From Pelagomonas calceolata (Eukaryota): a stretch of 64,000 nucleotides of DNA. The notes under the pieces were generated by a model. It saw only the letters and a program-made list of their open reading frames with translations. It did no database searches and had not been told where the DNA came from. The stretch covers positions 434,001-498,000 of the forward strand of contig CAKKNE010000005.1 in NCBI GenBank assembly GCA_918797485.1, written 5' to 3'. A program made the position numbers and the translations under genes. This document shows positions 54,096 to 64,000 of the stretch, piece after piece. Each line of letters starts with the position of its first letter. Position 1 is the first letter of the stretch.

Positions 54096-55277
54096 ATGCG
54101 CTCAAGTGTCGCGATGAGCGCCGTCGTCGCGCTCGCGGCCGCCAAAAGCCTTAGCGTGGGCGTCTGCTGGACGCGGAACGAAGTACCGCAGTATAAGGAG
54201 CAGGCCTGCCGCCACGGCCACGTCCCCGACGCCCTGGCGCCCTGGGCGCCCCTGCGGGCCTCGGCGATCACTCTGAAAACCTTCCACCCTGCGGTCAAGA
54301 CATGCCTGTTCACGGACGCGCCAGCGACCGCGGTGCGCGACGCCATGGCGGACTTGCACAGATGCGGCTTCCGCAAGGATCCCGGCTCACTGGATCTCTT
54401 CGACGAGATCATCGCGCAGGAGCCCTTCGAGGCCCTCCACGCGCTCACAAACTTTGAGAAGCAGGTGCGGGGCCACGCCGTGATCCGCTTCGACGACGTC
54501 TGGGTCAAGTTCCGCTCACGATTAATGCGGATGCGCAACCTGGCGCGCGTGCCCTTCGACGTCACGCTGGCTGTCGACGACGACACCGTGTTCTGCCCGA
54601 CCGACGATCTCGAAGATAAGCTAAGGGCGCTGGCGACGCGTACCGTGCGCTTCGTGCCGGAGTCCATGGCCAAGGGCAAGAGCTACGAAGGCGCCCTCGA
54701 GGAAGCGGGTCGGCTCCGGGCCGCGCGGAATTCCGGCAACGTAACGTGGGAGGCCGGCGCCGGCGCGTGCCCGTCGCTGGCGACGCACGGGCACGTGCAG
54801 GGGCTGCAGGGCGGCGCCGCTTTACTAAAGCGCGGGCCGGGGCTCGACGCGTTCGTGGACGCCTGGTTCGGCGCCTATGTGTACTACTACGACAAGGAAC
54901 TCAAGTCGCCCGCCTGGGGCCATGATACTCAACTAGGGGCCGACCAGCCCCCGCTCCGCGAAGTCGCGAAGGAGCGCTGCCGCGGCTCGAACGCGACGTG
55001 GACCATCGGCGCGCTGCCGGCGAATTACAACGTGCGCTTCCTACATCCGCCGACCGACGGAGACCTGGTGCTGAAGCGCGGCTCCGCGAACGTGTCGGAT
55101 TCGTTGTATGGCGCCCTCGACGGGCCCGCGGTCGTGCTCCACAGCCACTTCTACTTGCATTGGATGAGTAAATCGACGCGGGGACTCGTCGCCCAGACCC
55201 GCCAGGCCTGCGGCGTTTTGAACCAAAACAGTCGCCTGCGTATCTTCGCAAATGGGCGCGTCGAAGTCCTAAGTTAA
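54096..55277 (+). CDS. Putative GT-A nucleotide-diphospho-sugar transferase
   Basis: TLAVDDDTVFC (DxD), QGGA, DQPPLR, YNVR; signal peptide. Confidence 0.75.
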   Translation: MRSSVAMSAVVALAAAKSLSVGVCWTRNEVPQYKEQACRHGHVPDALAPWAPLRASAITLKTFHPAVKTCLFTDAPATAVRDAMADLHRCGFRKDPGSLDLFDEIIAQEPFEALHALTNFEKQVRGHAVIRFDDVWVKFRSRLMRMRNLARVPFDVTLAVDDDTVFCPTDDLEDKLRALATRTVRFVPESMAKGKSYEGALEEAGRLRAARNSGNVTWEAGAGACPSLATHGHVQGLQGGAALLKRGPGLDAFVDAWFGAYVYYYDKELKSPAWGHDTQLGADQPPLREVAKERCRGSNATWTIGALPANYNVRFLHPPTDGDLVLKRGSANVSDSLYGALDGPAVVLHSHFYLHWMSKSTRGLVAQTRQACGVLNQNSRLRIFANGRVEVLS

Positions 55278-56626
55278 CTACACATATAATTATCGTCCTT
55301 GGACCCGCGCCAGGCGATGCCCCCCTTGCGCACGGGGCGATTAGCTAACTCACAGGTCTCCTCGATCAACGCGTCATCTCTCAGGTCATTCAGATAATGC
55401 TTCGAGTGAATCATCAACATGGGCCCGAAGAGGGTAATGTCCTGCGGGTCATGCCTACAATCGACGACCGCCGTGTGCTGCTTCCGTAAATGCTTCGCGA
55501 CGTCATCCAAGGAATCGCGGGCAGGATGGATCTCGCGGACGTTGAACGCTCTCGGTAAGGTCCCCAACGACCAGTCTCCTGACGCATTGCGGCGGCAGCG
55601 CTGCTCCGCGATGGCCCGGAAGGCGCCCTGGTCGCCTGTGTGGAAATCAAAATTTTACGGCGTGTTCGCGTCGTCCTCCACGCCATCGACGCGATGCCTG
55701 CTCGATGGCGTGGCGATGCCGGTTCCTCACCGCTCGACGGAGCCAGCATGCACCCTACGGACTGATTGATTTCCACACAGCTGATCACCAAGAGTCCCGC
55801 CCTGCATACCTATTTTATTTTCGTGCTTCTCCCTTGCCCTAATGTACGAGCGGCACTCCGACGTCTCATTGAGGCCCAAAACACAAGTATGCTCGAAGAG
55901 AAAAGTGTCCACCCACTCGTCGACGAGTTTCGTCAGAGTGGAGTTGCGCGTGACGGCCAAGGCGCCGCCCTGGATGCCCCTCTCTCCAAGGCATTTGTTT
56001 TCGAGTCCCTGATCGTTGCAGTCGCCTTCTAATGATGAGGAGAACGACGCGTTCTCGTGTAGGACCTTGTGCCAGATGCACTCCTTGCCTCCTCCATTAT
56101 GTCCAAAAACTTGCGCGCGTAGCGTATGTCTCTCCCTCGTATCGTGGAGCCACTTTATTGAGTTGAATAAACCGTCGGGGCCATGAGGCGCACAAAAGTA
56201 CGTGTCGTCGTCGACGAAGAGGGTCATCTCGTAGGGCGCCCTTGCTAAATTCAGTAAACGCCCGACGCGCGACCGTATCACTTTGTATTGTGTTGTGGGC
56301 CAGAGGAGCAAAGCTTCGGCGCCCGTTTTTGGAACGTACGTCGCGAGCGAGTCCTGCAGGACGGCGTCGAAGAGATGTTTGGACTCGTTCCCGTATTTCG
56401 TAAGGGCCTCATTCATTATAGTGGTCTCGTCGAGGTTCGTGAAGAGGCAGAGGGGGACCTTGCCCTCCGACGCGCGGCGCGCGGACGTCGCGGACCGCAG
56501 CAGGTTGCCCAGATTCAACGAAGGATGTGATTCGGATGCTTCGTTGCGCGTCCAGCAGATGCCGTAGGGCTTCACGTGTGCGGCGTGGCCGCACGCGGCC
56601 GCCGCGAGGCGCAGCATCAGGCGCAT
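55274..56626 (-). CDS. Paralogous GT-A sugar transferase; introner intron 55636-55788
   Basis: GICWTRNE, TLFVDDDTYFC, QGGA, G|DQGAFR, FNVR. Confidence 0.78.
55636..55788 (-). mobile_element. Introner intron
   Basis: Perfect 15-bp TIRs at 55636 and 55780; TSD CTGGTCGC/CTGATCAC (6/8); interior homologous to the 20446 element. Confidence 0.9.
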
Positions 56627-56874
56627 CGTGGCATGCCGGGCAGCCCCTTAGCGATGCGAATTGACGCGCTCCTCGACCGCAGGGCTCGATTCTAGACACG
56701 TCGGCTTCGTCTGCGTATGTTCATAGCGGCAGCAGGGGTGATTGGCACGACGGCTGCATGCTGCAAATTTCATGGAGATGGCTGGGCAATTTTTGTGGGC
56801 AGCGGTACGCCGCATGGATGGCTGCCAGGCGATGTTGATGGTGCCATAGCCGCCGCGGGGCTGCCCGAGCATCG

Positions 56875-58299
56875 ATGCGGCGGCTCCCACGCCGTGCGGC
56901 GGCGGAAAGCCGTGGTGGCGGCAGGCGTCCGGTCGTGCTGCCGCGGCTCCTCGCCCTGCTCGCCGCCGCCGCCGCGACGCCCTGGCCGCGGGACGCCTCG
57001 CAAGTGGTCCACGACCGCTACGACATCATTTTTTGTCACCCGCCCGACGCCGGCCGGTCCCTGAACGACCGCGTCGCGAAGCTCGTCGCGCAGAAGCCGC
57101 CGCATAAACGGTGCTACGCGCGCGCGCCGAACCGCACGCAACATATCGTGACCAACCTGCTCCTGAACGCGAGCGAGGTGCGCGCGCTTGACATGAAGAC
57201 GCTGCCCCGGCACCCGACGTTCTGGGTGCCGCTGCGCTTCGCGACCAAGGCCGACGCGCTGACCGCCATTTGCACGTTCGCGAACGTCACGGCGCCCCTG
57301 CTCCAGCGGGCGGACCATGTCGCATCTTATACGTTACTGACGTTGCCCTACCCGACTGGAGAACATGGATCGCCCTGGGACCGCGCCTACGCGAAGCACG
57401 GCCACGAGGGCTGCGCCCCAGCTTTAATGGAAATGCTCGCCGACGAGTCGAAGCTGAGCGCCTGGTTCGTCATGGACCACGACAGCGCCATCGAGGACGC
57501 GAGGAACTCGACGAAAGGCAAGCCAGAACTCCACGAGACGTGGGTCGCGCGGCCCAAATTAAGGCACGTGCCCATGGGCGTGTCGCGACGGAGCCCGGCC
57601 TTCGCCGCCGCCTTGGCTTCCCGGAAAGTTCCGTTCCACGCGCGCAATGGCTCGCTGTACGTTAATTTCAGGGTGCACGGCCTGAACCGCGCGACGGCCA
57701 AGTCCGTAGTTCAGGAGAACTTCGGCGTCAAGAATGCGTACTACGGTGGCACCGACGAGACGTATTTCGCGGACCTGCTCCGGACGCCCTTTGTCGTGTC
57801 CCCGCGCGGGTCCAAGATCGACTGCCACCGGCACTGGGAGGCGTTGGCCCTCGGGGCGGCGCCCATCGTCCTCGACTCGCCGCTGACGCGCGAGCTGTTT
57901 TATGGATTGCCTGCTCTTTTGTTGGAGTCGTGGGACGCGCTGACGCCCGATTTACTAAGAGCGCACCAGAAGGTTCTCAAAGCCGTCGAGACGCACGGCG
58001 GGGGCTTCGATTGGGCCAGGCTCTCGATCGAGCGGTGGCGGACGGAGGTCGCGGAAGCACGGCCCTTCGCGCCGTCGTGCGGCGACGACGGTCGCTGGCG
58101 CCACGCGGGCCACGCGGGCCACGACTGCGCCTGGGTCGGCGCGAGCCCGGCCTGGCGCTGCAAGGTGCGCGGCGAGGACTCGAGCGTCGCCGCGGCCGCG
58201 TGCGCGACTTCGTGTGCCGAAACGTGCCGGGCGTCGCTCCGGGCGGACCAGGCCTGCCAGGTGCGGGACTTGCGGTGCAGCGGGAGGATTGAATTGTAA
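56875..58299 (+). CDS. Exostosin/GT47-like glycosyltransferase with C-terminal Cys-rich repeat
   Basis: FVVSPRGSKIDCHRHWEALALGAAPIV motif; N-terminal TM. Confidence 0.75.
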   Translation: MRRLPRRAAAESRGGGRRPVVLPRLLALLAAAAATPWPRDASQVVHDRYDIIFCHPPDAGRSLNDRVAKLVAQKPPHKRCYARAPNRTQHIVTNLLLNASEVRALDMKTLPRHPTFWVPLRFATKADALTAICTFANVTAPLLQRADHVASYTLLTLPYPTGEHGSPWDRAYAKHGHEGCAPALMEMLADESKLSAWFVMDHDSAIEDARNSTKGKPELHETWVARPKLRHVPMGVSRRSPAFAAALASRKVPFHARNGSLYVNFRVHGLNRATAKSVVQENFGVKNAYYGGTDETYFADLLRTPFVVSPRGSKIDCHRHWEALALGAAPIVLDSPLTRELFYGLPALLLESWDALTPDLLRAHQKVLKAVETHGGGFDWARLSIERWRTEVAEARPFAPSCGDDGRWRHAGHAGHDCAWVGASPAWRCKVRGEDSSVAAAACATSCAETCRASLRADQACQVRDLRCSGRIEL

Positions 58300-58315
58300 A
58301 AATGTGTTAAGATTC

Positions 58316-59440
58316 TTACAAGCGATCGATGCGCACGGTGTCGCGCGCGTACATCAATCCGACGCACACCCGCAGCCGCCCCGCCGGCTTCGGTAGGTGT
58401 CCCACGAGTCGGTTGTTGACGATGAATTGGACGTCGCGGAGCTGGATCACCACCTCCACCACGTCGCCCGTCCTTAGTTCTTCTCGCCATGGCTTATGGG
58501 GCAGAAGGTGAACACCATCGGCGCATCGCTGACACCTAGCCCCCGCTGGACAATTTTTGTCGCAGTGCAGTCGCCCGTACAGCCCCGGCGTGACGTCTTC
58601 AGCGCCCGACACGAACGCAACGGTCTCCAATTCTCCGCCGGGGATCCAGTGATTCGTGTCGTTGATTTTGGCCCGCGCGCTGGCGACGCCGATCGCGACC
58701 GCGCCGCGCATAATGCACCCGAGTGTGACCCTGTAGCGCGCCGTGCCGGTGACCCATTCGTCCGCCACGGCTGCCCGAAAATTGTGCCAGACCGAATCCG
58801 GGGAGCGCTGCACGATTGGAACTCCCGCTGCAGAGTCCTTGTGACGGCAGATCGCGACCCGAGCGAAGTGGCGGGACAACAAAAAGCCCGGGGGCGACCC
58901 CGCGTCGACGACGTCCAGCTCTCCCGGGCCGCTCGAGAGCGCCCGGCATTTGCCGCACGTCGCGCATGACACAAGCGTGACGCGCGGGACCGCGCCGAAT
59001 TTTAGTGTTGGGGCGCGCACCGGGCCGCATGCGCAGAGGTAGCCCGCGTCGACAGCGAAGTTGCCCACCTGGCCGCATGCGCAGAACTCGTCGCGGAGGC
59101 AGTCCGCGTCGACAGCGAATTGGCCTACCTGCTTCGCGACATCATCGGGCAGGCGGAACGCGACGGCTTGCGCGGCCCGCGCCACCGCTTCGGCGAGCGC
59201 CTCCCTTAAACATGCGTGGCGCGCCGCATCCGCGGCGGCCCGCGCGTCCTCCTCCGCGAGCTCGTCGCGGGCCTCGGTCCGTGCCAGGTCGTCGAAGAGC
59301 GTCGGGCGGTTCAGAAATGCGTCGTCCGTAGCATGCACGTCCGGGTCCTCCATGTCGACGACGTCGCCAGCGGCTACCGCGGCGCGCGTCTGGCGCGTCG
59401 CCGCGAGGTCGCGCTCCAGCTCGCGCAGCGCTCTGCTCAT
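58316..59440 (-). CDS. SPRY/B30.2-like domain protein (start uncertain)
   Basis: VAIGVAS...GDVVEV...QFIVNNRLVG beta-sandwich pattern. Confidence 0.6.
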   Translation of the reverse strand: MSRALRELERDLAATRQTRAAVAAGDVVDMEDPDVHATDDAFLNRPTLFDDLARTEARDELAEEDARAAADAARHACLREALAEAVARAAQAVAFRLPDDVAKQVGQFAVDADCLRDEFCACGQVGNFAVDAGYLCACGPVRAPTLKFGAVPRVTLVSCATCGKCRALSSGPGELDVVDAGSPPGFLLSRHFARVAICRHKDSAAGVPIVQRSPDSVWHNFRAAVADEWVTGTARYRVTLGCIMRGAVAIGVASARAKINDTNHWIPGGELETVAFVSGAEDVTPGLYGRLHCDKNCPAGARCQRCADGVHLLPHKPWREELRTGDVVEVVIQLRDVQFIVNNRLVGHLPKPAGRLRVCVGLMYARDTVRIDRL

Positions 59441-59892
59441 TATGCCTTGGAGCGGCGGTCGTAGAGGGACGCGCTCTTGAGCTTGCGCCGCTGGACCGCG
59501 ACGAGGGAAAGAGCGCCGATCACGAGCATCCAGCCCACGAAGGTGTAGACGGCCTGGGCGTCGGCCGCGGCGTCGCGCAGCACTGCTGCCTCGTTCTCCA
59601 TAGTGGTGCTGTGGCGGACGGCTCGGTCCTGGCTATACCAGCAGCAAGGTGGCGTCGAACTGTAGCCCCAGGCTTCGTTCTAGGTCAAATAACCGGCTGT
59701 AGGCAGAGCTCGGCAAAGGCCAATAACTCGGCCAAGCCTAGTGTGTCTAGGCCACTAGCTAATCCGAGTTTCGCGGCGCTGGATCAGAATCGCTGCGCAA
59801 TCGCTGCCCAAGGCATCGCAGCTGTCAGATACATTGTCGCAAGTTCCGCCAGGAACGAATTGCGGACGGAGGCAGCAGAACAGTAGATAAAA

Positions 59893-62001
59893 ATGGGCGC
59901 TGGCGCCTCGCAGGGCTTCGTCGAGGCGGCGGACGACAAAGAAATGGAGATGCCGGATGCGCCAGAGCACCTCAAAGCCTTGGCGTCGAGGCTCTCGGCG
60001 GCGCACGGCGTCGCGGAAGCCATCATATGCCAGGGCCTGGTCGTGCTCGAGCCGTGCGTGCAGCGTCGACTTAATCGACGGATCACCAAGCCGCTCGATC
60101 TTGCCTGCCTGCGGGCGTTCAAGGCGGAAATGGAGGGACAGGACGTCGCGCCGGACGTTCAGGCCGCGCTAGACGCACTACCGGCGGGCATCGGAGACAA
60201 GGTCGTGGCACTCTTAGATTCGCTCCACCTTTGTGGCGGCTACTTGCCTCGCATCGGTCTGGGCAGTGGTGGCTTGTATAAACACTTCGAGGAAGGCGCG
60301 CGTCCCCACGAGCACGCCTACGACCAGGGCTGCCGCATGTGGGACTGCTCCGACCCCTGCCCGTCGATGCCGCCCTTCAGCGGCCTCTACGACCGCGCGC
60401 GCATGGCGGAACAGATGGCAACCAAAGATCTGAGCGACTTCGTGCTCATTTGCCACCCGGACCCCTGGTCGATGGGCGTGGAGCCCGGGAACGTCCGGCG
60501 AAGTCTGGCGAAACAGCAGGAGCTGCTCGCGCCGATGGCACGCGAGGGAGAGCCCCTCGTCGACGTCTACGCTCCGTTCGGCGCATCGCGGTTAGACGGG
60601 TGGTCGCCGGACGAAAACGTACCCTTCGATGAAGTGTGGAGGGAGTGCGAGGAGCTACATCGCGAAGGCAAGGTCCGCGCGTTGGGCGTGTGTAACATGA
60701 GCGCGCCGCAGCTGGAACGGCTCCTGGAGTTCTGCGAGATTCGACCGGCCGTCTACGAGACCGAGTCACACATTATGCACCAGCGGCAAGATCTCGTCGA
60801 CCTCTGCCGCCGCGAGAAGATCGCGATGCTCGCGCACACGCCGCTTGGTCAGGGAACCGTCCTAGATAGCGCGTTGCTCGCGCACGATACGCTCTCGCCC
60901 GCGCAAGCTGCTCTGCGGCAAAATCTCGATCGCGGCGTCTCGGTGCTCCCGGGCGCGGAGAAACTATCAGAGATTGATGAGGACCAGGCGACTCCGCTCG
61001 GTCCGCCCGTTGCGCGCATTCCCCCGCCAGCTGCCTTCGTCGCTCTCTCGGTAGCAGCGGTCAACTCAAAGTTCAAGGCTATGATCGCGCCGACCGCCGA
61101 CCTGGTGCGGCGGGACGACGGCCACTGGTACGTTCTGTCCGCCGCGGACGACAAGGGGTGCGTGCGCAAGGAGGTCATCGCGCAGAATAGCGCCACGATC
61201 GAGCAGATCCGGCCCATCATCGCCGCGCTGCCTCGGAAGGAAACGGCCGCGGCGCGGCGGCGGGTGATCTGCGAGGAGCTGGCGAAGCTCGGCGACGACC
61301 GCAAGCTCGGATCCATGAAAGTGATTCCTGCGACCGTCTTCGCGGCGCAGGACAAAATTCCCCGGCGGTCCTGCAAGGACGAGGGTCCGACCCCCCAACT
61401 CGACGCTTCGGACCTGCCCGAAGGTGCCCGGTTGATATTCTTCAGTCAGCGCTGGCTCACCCTGTCACATCCTGACGATGATAAGGGTACAAAACGCACC
61501 GCAATCGTCGACGCGGCCGAGGCTTACGCTAAGCAGGCGGACGTCGAGCTGGAACAGATATATATCTGGTTCGATCTGGCGTGCATCGAACAGGACGACT
61601 TAGCCGAACTCGTGCGTGGCGTGAATTCTCTGGGCTTATATATCACGGCCTGCGACGCATTCGTCTCGATCGACCATCCTGAGTACTGGTCTCGAGCATG
61701 GTGCCTGATGGAGCAAGAGTTCGCACGGTGCGCGGGAGTGCCGCGCTTCGTGATTAGCTCGGACGGTATACTGGTCCCCACTAGCCACGAGGTGACGGAT
61801 CCGCGCGACGGCAATTTAACAGTAGAGAACGACCGCGGGGCGATCGACGTCCTCTGCCTCGTAGCGCACGACCTGCGCTCGCGCTTGTACCTCAGTGGTA
61901 TTTCCCAATGGTCCACGGAGGGCCAACTGGCCGAGGCCATCGGCAACAGGGTATTTCAAGGCGCGGAGGAGGGAGTCCGCTCCAACATCATCAAGACCTA
62001 G
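59893..62001 (+). CDS. Myristoylation-motif protein: degenerate aldo-keto reductase + HET/TIR-like domain
   Basis: MGAGAS; GKVRALGVCN, PAVYE, HTPLG (AKR); FFSQRW..HPD, WFDLACIEQ, YWSRAWCLME. Confidence 0.8.
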   Translation: MGAGASQGFVEAADDKEMEMPDAPEHLKALASRLSAAHGVAEAIICQGLVVLEPCVQRRLNRRITKPLDLACLRAFKAEMEGQDVAPDVQAALDALPAGIGDKVVALLDSLHLCGGYLPRIGLGSGGLYKHFEEGARPHEHAYDQGCRMWDCSDPCPSMPPFSGLYDRARMAEQMATKDLSDFVLICHPDPWSMGVEPGNVRRSLAKQQELLAPMAREGEPLVDVYAPFGASRLDGWSPDENVPFDEVWRECEELHREGKVRALGVCNMSAPQLERLLEFCEIRPAVYETESHIMHQRQDLVDLCRREKIAMLAHTPLGQGTVLDSALLAHDTLSPAQAALRQNLDRGVSVLPGAEKLSEIDEDQATPLGPPVARIPPPAAFVALSVAAVNSKFKAMIAPTADLVRRDDGHWYVLSAADDKGCVRKEVIAQNSATIEQIRPIIAALPRKETAAARRRVICEELAKLGDDRKLGSMKVIPATVFAAQDKIPRRSCKDEGPTPQLDASDLPEGARLIFFSQRWLTLSHPDDDKGTKRTAIVDAAEAYAKQADVELEQIYIWFDLACIEQDDLAELVRGVNSLGLYITACDAFVSIDHPEYWSRAWCLMEQEFARCAGVPRFVISSDGILVPTSHEVTDPRDGNLTVENDRGAIDVLCLVAHDLRSRLYLSGISQWSTEGQLAEAIGNRVFQGAEEGVRSNIIKT

Positions 62002-62310
62002 GCCCCTCTGTCGGGCTCACATGTCAAGTCGTCGTATAGTCCGACGCCGACATATCTAGTAATACGCTTATTCACATCGCTAGCATTTCCATGTCTCTGC
62101 ATACGCCTCCACATATACGATGGCGCGTCGAGAACGCTGATTTGCGTGGCCGGCCCTCTGCCCTCCGAGCCAAGCATGCACAGAAGAGCGCCGCTATTGG
62201 ATCCAGATCGCTGCGCAATCGCTGCCCAGGACGTCGCAGCTGCCAGATAACTCGCGCAGGGTCCGCCAGGAACGAATTGCGCAAGAAGGCAGCAAGTATA
62301 GAGAGATACC

Positions 62311-64000
62311 ATGGGCGCAGGAGGTAGCTTTTTTGAGAAGGACGAGGCGCTGGAGGTGCCGGATGCACCGGACAACATCAAAGCGCTGGCGGCGCGGCTG
62401 TCACTGGCGCACGGCATCAACGAGGCCATCCTCGTCCACGGCCTCGTCGCGCTCGAGCCGTGCGTCCAGCGCCGACTGAACCGCGCGATCACCAAGCCGC
62501 TGGATTTGGCCTGCCTCCGGGCGTTCAAGGCGGAAATGGAAGGGCAGGCCGTCGCCCCGGACGTCGAGGCCGCTCTCGCCCAGCTACCGGACGGAGTGAA
62601 GCCGAAGGTCGAGGCGCTCTTGGACTCGCTCCACCTCTGCGGCGGCTACTTACCAAGGATCGGCGTCGGCTCGGCGGGCCTCTACAAGCATTTTGAAGAG
62701 GGCGAGCGCGTGCACGAGATCGCGTACGGCTACGGCATGCGTACGCCGCGGAGTCCGCATCAAGCGATGGTCAAAGTTTACTCTAACGCACAGGCATGCT
62801 CGACTGCGCGGGCCCCTGCCCGACGATGCCGGGTTTTGACAAGGCCTTCGCGCGCGTGGCGATCGCCGAGCAGCTCTCGGATAAGGATTTGTCCGACTTC
62901 GTGATGGTGGGGCATCCGGACCCCTTCCAGATGGGCGTGGAACCGGGAAATGTCCGGAAGTCGCTCGAGGCCCACGAAGCAGAGATGATGCCTATGAAAC
63001 GCGAGGGGCAGCCGCTCATAGACGTCTACGCTCCGCTGTGCTGCGTGCGCTTCTCTGAGAAGTTTGAGCCGGGCGAGATCGCGTTCGATGAAGTCTGGAA
63101 GGAGTGTGAAGCGCTGTATCGGGAAGGAAAGGTGCGAGCTCTCGGCATCTGCAACATCAGCGCGCCGCAGCTGGAGCGGCTCCTCGAGTTCTGCGAGATC
63201 CGTCCCGCGGTCTATGAGGCCGAGGCGCATATCCTCCACCACCAGCAAGCCATCTACGACCTCTGCCGCCGTGAAAAAATAGCATTCTTGGCTCACACGC
63301 CCCTTGGGCAAGGGTCAGTGCTGGACCAGCAATCGCTCGGTCACGACACGTTATCCCCCGCACAAGCCGCGCTACGCTTTAATTTGGACCGCGGCGTGTC
63401 TGTACTCCCCGGTGCTGAGAAGCTGAGCGAAATAGAGGAGGACCAGGCAACGCCTTTGGGACCGGCTGTGGCGCGGGTCCAGGTTCCGGCCGCGCCGTCG
63501 ATGCTGTCGATGGCCAACATCAACAAGCTGTGGAAGGCCATGATCGCGCCGAATTCAGACATGGAGGCCCGCGACGGTCATTGGTACGGCAAACCCTCAG
63601 AGGTCGTGCGGCCGGTCCGGAAAGAAGTGCTCGCGCAGAACAAGGCGATTATCGAGCAGATCCACCCGATCATCAAGAACCTGCCGCGGAAGGAGAGCGC
63701 CGCGACGCGTCGCAAGGTCATCTGCGAGGAGCTCGCCAAGCTCGGCGATGATGAAGGGCGCAAGCTAGGCGCCATGAAGGTGATTCCCGCCGACGTCTTT
63801 GGCGCGAGGGACTCCATCCCTAGACGCTCGTGCAAGGACGAAGGACCGACGCCCCAGGTCGACGCGTCCGAGCTGCCTGAGGGCGCCAAGATTCTCTTCT
63901 TCTCCCAGCGCTGGCTGACGCTTACACATCCAGATGACGATCAAGGAACGAAGCGCCAGGCGATCGTCGCTGCCGCGGAGGCCTACGCGAAGCAGGAGGG
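62311..64000 (+). CDS. Tandem paralog of the AKR-HET/TIR-like gene (runs off the window); intron 62741-62793
   Basis: MGAGGS; colinear high similarity to 59893-62001 after splicing. Confidence 0.82.

Noticed and set aside
59438..59601. Short upstream ORF or extra exon for the SPRY gene
   Set aside because: No convincing in-phase splice donor found
1..64000. rRNA, tRNA, telomeric repeats or viral insertion
   Set aside because: No recognisable rRNA/tRNA sequence, telomere array or viral hallmark gene seen by eye

Overview
GC-rich, gene-dense eukaryotic nuclear DNA with short spliceosomal introns. Plastid-targeted Tic110 and RSH genes plus TIR/8-bp-TSD introner introns suggest a pelagophyte alga (Pelagomonas/Aureococcus-like; inference). 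About 35 protein genes can be supported, several only after manual splicing. They include FKBP, NAR1/CIAO3, RSH, a mitochondrial carrier, PI4K-gamma-like kinase, PH-PP2C, Tic110, three clustered glycosyltransferases and a 58-aa COX5C/COX9-like gene missed by the ORF track. Main highlights: (1) a spliced uracil-DNA glycosylase fused to a degenerate endonuclease III domain; (2) a tandem pair of myristoylation-motif proteins fusing a pseudo-aldo-keto reductase to a HET/TIR-like domain; (3) a complete Sola2-like DNA transposon (11880-17016, TIRs, TGTC TSD) inserted in an exon; (4) at least two families of intron-generating elements; (5) a paired-CTAG motif (GCTAG-N12-15-CTAGC) recurring upstream of many genes; (6) a gene-poor, repeat-rich 27.9-36.4 kb block with a duplicated AP2-like/Myb-like gene. 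All splice models and domain calls were made by eye, with no database searches.
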